Of a stretch of 64,000 nucleotides of DNA, positions 55,897 to 64,000 are shown piece by piece; within the stretch, counting starts at the first letter, position 1; each line of letters starts with the position of its first letter. A program made the position numbers and the translations under genes. Origin of the DNA: the human T2T-CHM13v2.0 reference genome, Homo sapiens; assembly GCF_009914755.1 (NCBI RefSeq), contig NC_060932.1; one strand, written 5' to 3'. Below the pieces are notes generated by a model that saw only the letters and a list, made by a program, of their open reading frames with translations, was not told the DNA's origin and made no database searches.

Positions 55897-56765
55897 AAAG
55901 TTCGTTTTGTCTGATACAAGAATAGCTACTCCTGCTCACTTTTCCATTTGCATGGAATATCTTTTTCCAAACCTTTACCTTAAGTTTATGTGAGTTCTTA
56001 TGTGTCAGGTGAGTCTCTTGAAGACAGCATATACTTGGTTAGTGGATTTTTATCCATTCTGCCATTCTGTGTCTTTTAAGTGGAGCATTTAGGCCATTTA
56101 CATTCAATGTTAGTATGGAGATGTGAGATACTGTCCTATTCATCATTCTAGTTATTGCCTGAATACTTTTTGTTTTTTTCATTGCGTTATTGCTTTATAG
56201 GCCCCGTAAGATTTATACTTTAAGGATGTTCTATTTTGGTGTATTTTGAGGTTTTGTTTCAAGATTTAGAACTCCTATTAGCATTTCTTGTAGTGCTCAT
56301 TTGGTAGTCACAAATTCTCTCAGCATTTGTTTGTCTGAAAAAGACGTTATTTCCTTTATTTATGAAGCTTAGTTTTGCTGGATTCAAAATTCTTGACTGA
56401 TAATTATTTTGTTTAAGGATGCTAAAGATAGGACCCTAATCCCTTCTGGCTTGCAGGGTTTCTGCTGAGAAATCAGCTGTTAATTTAATAGGTGTTCCCT
56501 TATAGATTACCTGATGCTTTTGCCTTATAGCTCCTAAGATTCTTTCCTTCATCTTGACTTTAGATAACCTGATGACTATGTGCCTAGGTGATTATAGTTT
56601 TGTAATGAATTTCTAGGGTGTTCTTTGAGCTTCTTATATTTGGATGTCTAGATCTGTAGCAAGATCAGGGAAGTTTTCTTGATATCCCCTCAAATAAGTT
56701 TTTTAAACTTTTAGATTTTTCTTCTTCCTCAGGAATATCAATTATTCTTTTGTTTGGTCATTTAA

Positions 56766-57096
<331 letters not shown>

Positions 57097-59192
57097 TGAA
57101 TTGGGTTAATTTGAAAGCCTTGTCTTTGAGTTCTGAAGTTCTTTCTTCTAGTTGTTTAATTCTATTTTTGAAAGTTCCAGTGTATTTTGCATTTCTCTAA
57201 GTCTGTCTTTCATTTCCAGAAGTGGTGATTGTCTTTTCTTTAAGATATCTATTACTCTGGAGACCTTTTCATTCATATTCTGTATTATTTTTAAATTTTT
57301 TTTAAGTTGGTTTTCACCTTTCTCTGAATCAGAGAAAGGTGAAACAGGGAAGGAGTATTAAGCTACTCTGAGTAGCTTAATAATCAACCTTCTGAATTCT
57401 TTATCTAGCAATATAGAGATTTCATTTGTTTAGATCCATTGCTCAAAAGATAGTGCAATCTTTTGAGGGTGTTATAGAACCTTGTTTTGTCATATTACCA
57501 GAATTACTTTTCTGGTTCCTTCTTAATTGGGTAGACTGTTTCAGTGGAAAGATCTGAAACTCAAGTGCTGCAGTTCAGATTTTTTTGTCCTATGAGTTGA
57601 TCCCTTGATATGGTGCTCTCCCCCTTCTCCTAGTGATGGGGCTTCCTGAGAGCTGGACTGCATTGATTGTCATTGCTCTTCTGGATCTAGCCACCCAGCA
57701 GGGCTTCCAGGCTCTGGGCTGGTTCTGGGAAATGTCTGCAAAGAGTTCTGTGATGTGATTTGTGTTCAGATGTCCCAGCTGTGCTTAATAGCACCTGCTC
57801 CAGTGGAGGTGGCAGGGGAGTGAAGTAGACTCTGTAGGAGTCCTTGGTTGTAATTTTGTTTAGTGTATTGGTTTTTTCAGATGCTGATTATGCTAGCAGT
57901 GAAGTTGTTACATGGACACACTAAGGACCTCTAATTAGCCACAGTATTGTAGGTGGTGGAATTAGCTGTTGTTTTCTCCTTCTTTGGAGCAGGGTTATTC
58001 TGTTATGAGTTGCTGGAATGGCTTGAGTTGGTTGACCTCCAGCCAGGAGGTGGCACTTCAAAAAAGCACCAGCTGCAGTAGTAGAAAGGGCATATAATTC
58101 TGCCCTACATTGGCCAGGATAAGTACTGGGGTTTCTCAGGTGATGGGCAGGGCCATATTTCTTCTAACAGTTTATGTATTTTGTCTTGAGCTACTAGGGC
58201 AGATAGAGGAAAGCCATCAGGTGGGGGCAGGGTTGGATCTGAGCTCAGACTCTCCTTTGGCAGGGCTTGCTGTGACCACTGTGGGGGATTTGGGGTAGTT
58301 CTCAGGCCAGTGTTCCCATGGCGGGTTATAGCTGCCTCTATTGCATTATACAGGTCACCAGGATAGTGGGGGAAAGCCGGCATTGACAGGCCTCACCCAG
58401 CTCCCAGGCAGCCAGCAAGGCCAGCCTCACTCTTGACGTGCCCCAATGACAGCACTGAGTTTATCTCCAGGCAGCCATTGAACAAGGCTGAGATCTTGCC
58501 CCAGGTTACAAGCCTTCCTGCTGAGAAAGCAAGCAAGGCTGTCAGGCCTCACTCCTCCCCACCTACCTGCCCCTTTGGCTGTGGCTTCTGTACTCATATC
58601 TGCAGTTCCCAATTGTCCCCCCATGATTCCACTCAGGACAATTTGTGCTCAGTTGAAATTGTTACAAGGTTCAGCTAGGAGCTTCCTTCACCCTGTGGCC
58701 CCTCTCCAATTCCACTGGCTGCCTTCCCTTCTCCAAGGACCAGTGTGAGATAAGGCCAAAAATGGCTTCCCTGGGCTCAAGCTGGGGACAAGAAATGCCT
58801 ATAGGGCTTTTCTCACTGCTTCTTCTACTTTTATATTTCATTTGGCTCTCTAAATCCATGTCAGCTATAAGTAAGGTTAAATCCTTCTCCCGTGATCTGG
58901 ATTTTCAGGTTCCCCAATAGGAATGTGTGTTCAGAGGCAGATTTTTTTTTTCTCCCACACTTTGAAAACTCACAGATTTTTGGCTGTCCTGTGGAGTTTG
59001 CAGAGGTAAGCTGTTTCTTTCAAAGGGTCTGTGAATTCTTTGAGTTTTCCTGGTATGTTCCTGTGGTGGTTCTTGGAGCAAAAGTTCACAGTATGAGTCT
59101 CCACATACTGTTCTGTCCATCTGAGCAGGAGCTGCAGGTTAGTCCTGTCTCCTGCCCACCATTTTCTCCCTCTCTCCCATACATTAAATTTA

Positions 59193-62100
59193 TAAAGAGG
59201 TCAATGTGAGTGACTAGTTGTTGATCAATGAAGATTTCTCTGTAGATGTGAGGTAACAGTAAGCTTTGAATGAGAAAATGCCATATGCCAGTTAGGGGCT
59301 AAAACTTCCTGGCAGAAGGAACAGCTCATATAAAAGTCGGGAGTGTGAATGAGCTGGTCATGAGGAACTGGAAGACGACCAGTGTTGGGGAGCTGAGGAA
59401 GTGAGGAAGATAGCCACATGGGATTAGCCTAATGATATTGGCTGGGCACAGACTATATATAGATGTTTTTGTCAACCAGCTTAAGAAATTTGGACTGTTT
59501 TTCTTGTTGTTGTTTTTGAGACAGGATCTTGCTCTGTTACCTAAGCTAGAGTACAGTGGTACAATCACAGTTCAGAGAAGCCTTGGCCTCTTGAGCTCAA
59601 GGGATTCTCCTGCCTCAGCCTCCCAAGTAGCTGAGAGTGCAGGTGCATGCCACCACAACTGGCTAATTTTTATTATTATTATTTTGTAGAGACAAGGTAT
59701 CACTAGGTTGCCCAGGCTGGTGTTGAACTCCTAGTCCCAAGTGATCCTCTTGCCTTAGTCTCCCAAGTAGTTGGAACTACAGGTGTGTGCCACCACACTT
59801 AGCTATTTTTTTTATTTTTATTTTTTTGTAAAGACAGTGTCTTACTATGTTGCCCAGGCTGGTCTTGAAGTTTTGGGCTCAAGTGATTCTTCTACCTCAG
59901 CCTTCCAATGTGCTAGGATTGCAGGCATGAACCACTGCACCTGGCCAGAAGTTTGGACTTTTTTCTCCCCAGTTTCCATAGGCTTTATTGGTATATACAC
60001 TTTAGAAAAGAATGATTCATCCTATGATTTCCACATCAGGGGTATGGAGAGCCATGCCCAGGGATATGTCAAGCAGTGCTGCAGGGATAGCTGCTTTGTC
60101 CACCTCTTGTGCAGGGATCCAGTCCTAAGCACCAGACTTGTAGTCAGCCAATTCTTCAGCCTTCAAACATAGCCTGATTTCTTTTTCAGCACTTTTTACT
60201 GACTCACTGCCATGATATTCCTGCCAACTTAAATACAGACATCCCCGCATATGATGCTCAGCTTAGACTGCACTGGATTGGTGTTCCCAAGCCAGGAGTT
60301 TGCATTCTGTTCCAAGGATGATGAGAAGATATTGATGGACTCTAAACAGGCAAAAGCAAGTTCTAATTTATATTTGAAAGTGATTATTCTGCTGGGGTGA
60401 ATAAAGAGTTGAAAGGAACTAGAGAAGTAGTAAGAAAAACAGCTGTAAGCTACTGCATTCATCCACAGGAGATGTGATGGTGGCTTCACCAGTGGAGGAG
60501 GTATGACAATAAGGAAAATGCACAGATTTGGAGTAGGTTTTGGAGTTAGGGCAACTACACTTGCTTATTGAAAGACTGAGAGTGGGGTCTGTGCAAAAGA
60601 GAATCTCAGATAATTTCTACTGTTTTAGCTTGAGCAACTGGATACCATGTACCATGGTGAAGAAGACTTGGAAAGAACAGATCTGGAGAAGAATCAATAG
60701 TTCCATTTGGATCACATTAACTCTAACATTCCTACTGAGATCATCATTCCTCCTGAGACACAATGTCTATGTGGACATACATAGACAGTACATCTTTGTG
60801 TATAAGTAGTCATAGAGTTAGGGAGAGGTAAGGACTGGAAACAAGAACTTGAGTACTTAGATAATATTTATGACCCTGGGAACAAATAAGAGATTTTAGT
60901 GAATGAGAAAGGCCTTAGGAGTCTCCAACTTTGCCAAGTCAAGCAGAGACAAAAGATCAAGGAAATGAGACTGAAGGGGTGGGAGGAGGATAGAATCAGC
61001 CAGTGAGTTAGGGGGGATATTTGAGAAGTGTGCATGATGGAAGTCAAGAGAAGGGCAGAAGGACATGATTCTTGAAAGAGGAAGTGATCAGCCAGGTGAA
61101 CTTCTGCTAAGTGATTATTGGAGAACATGCAGGAAAAAAATCTTTGTTTGGTCATGAGGACAGAAACCCAATCAAAATGAACCAAGGAGAGGACTGAAGG
61201 TGAGCAAATGAAGATGGACACACAGTTTTCAAATACCCTTCAGTGAAGGGAAGTGAATAAATGGGATGGAGCTAGAAATACTATAGAGGCAAAGAAGATT
61301 TTTGTTTGTTTTATTTGTTCTAAATTATAGAGATGCTAGAACATTTGGTATGCTAATTGGGATGATTCTGTAGAGAGGGCATGGCTTAGCATGCAGACAG
61401 GAGAAAGAGGATATAAGAGCAGGAGCAAAGTCCTTGAGTAGATGAGGTTGAATGATGTCTACAAAAACAAGTGGAGGCTTTACCTGTAAGGATCAGAGAC
61501 ACTTTTTTTTTCTTTCATAAGAAGAGGGAATAGTGAAAGGATGTGAGTAGGTGGTTGGGATGAGTGAAGGGAAGATGAATGGGGTTTTGTATAATTCTTT
61601 TTGTATTCTCAGTGAATTTAAGGTACACACACACACACATAAAGTAGCAAGCAAAGTCACAATTTGGGAATGACGTGGAGGAGGGGACATAAGGATGTAG
61701 GGGCTCAGTAAGAGAGAAGAAGATTTAAAAAATCATCACTTTGGAAAGTAGAAAGAGTGGCAGGAACTCAGGAACATTTTGCATGCTGCCTGAAATCTGT
61801 TACCCTGAATTTAGAGTTAGGTCAGTCAGCAAGGTAGTGTGTTTTCCTCCAGCAATATTGGATATCAAAGAGGATACCTGCCTCACTTCTCAAGACTGTG
61901 CAAAGTACTGATTCTACATCTGTTGACCATTACAAAAATAGAATCTGGGATTGCTATTACAGTTTGGAATTGGGGTTGTCCCTGAGCTTGGCTCAGTGTT
62001 GGCTTTCAGTATTTGTATTTAAGTGAATGATTTTTCAGCCCTTTATTGCAATCTCTCTTGCTCTCTCTCTCTCTCTCTTTCTCTCTCCCTCTTTACATTT

Positions 62101-62880
62101 CTGAAGTGTAGGCCACTACATGAATGAAGAAGTGAATTAATGAGCTGTGGGCTCTGATCAGGTAAGAATGATGGAGAGAGAGAGGAAGACAGAGAAGCTA
62201 AGGGTACTTTCAAGGAAGTGATTCCATTCATGGACCATGGTCCCTGAGATAGATACGGAGAAAAGTGAGGGTGCACATGAGGTACTTAAAATAATAGATT
62301 GGTAAGGTTAATGAATTCTTCAAAAATTGTTGCAATGGGTACACTAGTTAGGTAATAGGAGGTAATAAAGAGTTAGTGGCTTGGAATAGAATGTCAGATG
62401 GGTGCAGTTATGGTAACAAGGTCAAGGATATGACCATACAATTGTGTAGCTGAGAAGATAGAGGGGTAGATTATTGGAGGTGAGGCAAAGGTGATTTGAT
62501 GGATCACATATGGATATATAAGTCTTCATGAATCATGATAATATTGAAGAAAAGGAAGACAATGAGCCAAGACCCAATGTTAACCATGAATGAATACACG
62601 AATGGAGAGTCAGCAAGCTGGTGTGTTTGCCTTCAGTAATATTCAACTGATCAAGTGTAGGCCACTGCCTGGGTGAAGAATGACTTAGTGAACTTTGGGC
62701 TTGACCACGTAAGAATGACAGAGGAGGGGACAAAGAGTTCAAGGTGCTTTAGAGGAAGTGATTCCAATGAGAAGCCATAGTCCCCGAGGTAGATGAAGAG
62801 GGAAGTATGTGACATGTGAAGTATTAGTATATGCCAACACAAAGAGCACTGGAGGACAGGGATCTGATGGCATAGACTTC
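59193..62880 (-). mobile_element. Long degraded L2 LINE (its 3' end probably lies at about 51285-51440)
   Basis: Typical L2 purine-rich tracts (CTGGCAGAAGGAACAGC, TAGCTTGAGCAACTGG); minus strand near 62500-62545 reads IIMIHEDLYIH, resembling the endonuclease motif IILGDFNIH. Confidence 0.6.
59497..59946 (-). mobile_element. Trimeric AluJ-type element
   Basis: Three monomers and two T-rich linkers within one TSD AGAARTTTGGACT (59484-59496 / 59947-59959). Confidence 0.85.
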
Positions 62881-64000
62881 TAAAGAAATGAAGTTTTGGA
62901 AAATGGAGATCTCTCTCTCTCTCTCTCTCTCTCTGCAATGACTCATGCATATTATTGTTTTCTCTCCAATAAAATAGAAAGTGCTTAAAGAGCATAGAAT
63001 GTATGGTTGCTTATTATTATTATTTTCTCCTTACAGAGTCAAGCACCACAAGATCAGACATAAAGGCCCATTTTAAATTGGCTTATTACTCATGATCTTG
63101 GTTGCTAATGACAGAAACCTAGTTCAATCTGGCTTAATGAACTGCCTTAGAAGACCGGGAATGTCACAGAGTGAAGCTGGCTCGAGGCATGTCTCTATCC
63201 TGGGGTTCACAGATGACTTGCACTGGGAGTTTGTTCTTCTCCCTTGGGTGTGTCTGAGTTGGCTTCTATTTCAGATAGTCTCTCCCTGAGAAGTGCAAAG
63301 AAGGTCCCAGCAGCTCTAGGTTCTAGCATCCTTAAAATGGCAACCCAATGAGAGAGAAAACTATCTTCCAGTGGTTACACAGAATTTTTCTGGCTGATTT
63401 TGACTAATTTGGCTTGGGTCATATGCCCAAGTTTAGACCCTTGTCTAGAGAGATGGAGTTCTCTGATGGCCCAGCTTGTAAGCTCTCAGATCTCTTTGGG
63501 GCCAGGAAAGTGGTCAACCCTATTAAACCTCATAAAGAGAATGTGAAAGAACCGTGGTTTCTCAAAGGAAAATTGAGTTGTTACTATCAAAGAAAGCAGA
63601 GGAGGCCTGTTGGGCAGCAAAAACACCAGATGTTCATGCACACATGGGAACAGAAGCTGCTAACTGGGTTATCAGGAAGATTAACTGAGATACAGTATAT
63701 AAAGCCCTTCTACAGTACATGGTACCAAGTAGGTGTTAAATACATTTTCATTTCCTATAACTCTCCTGCTGTATTCTGGGCTCTGATCATAACTTGTTCT
63801 GTGATGCTGGATAAATCTCTAACCTTCTTCAGGATCAGTGAATTTATATATCTGATGTCTTCATGGTAAATCTCAGCAAAAAAATGGCCACAATTTTCCC
63901 CCTTCCTGTACCCATATTCCTTGCCACAGAACTTGCAGCTCCTCCCAACAGAAGGTGCAGTCTATTATCTTACACTTTGAATTGGGGCTGGCCTGGTGAC

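Overview
This window is hominid (most likely human) nuclear DNA, intergenic or deep intronic, and I find no credible protein-coding exon. Nearly all listed ORFs come from repeats (Alu, L1, SVA, VNTR, low-complexity tracts). The window is a dense record of insertions. It holds about 11 Alus, including young AluY copies with perfect target-site duplications (TSDs), and a 5'-truncated L1HS-like insertion. There is an SVA whose TSD encloses about 110 bp of foreign upstream sequence (5' transduction), and a 1.84-kb ancient NUMT (ND2-WANCY-COX1). A full-length TSD-flanked L1PB sits nested inside a long L2, alongside many MaLR/ERV solo LTRs, hAT remnants and a roughly 44-copy 21-bp minisatellite. I see no evidence of a new multi-gene system. 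The most notable observations are insertion-mechanism oddities and the minisatellite. Subfamily names come from remembered consensus sequences and need RepeatMasker/Dfam confirmation.
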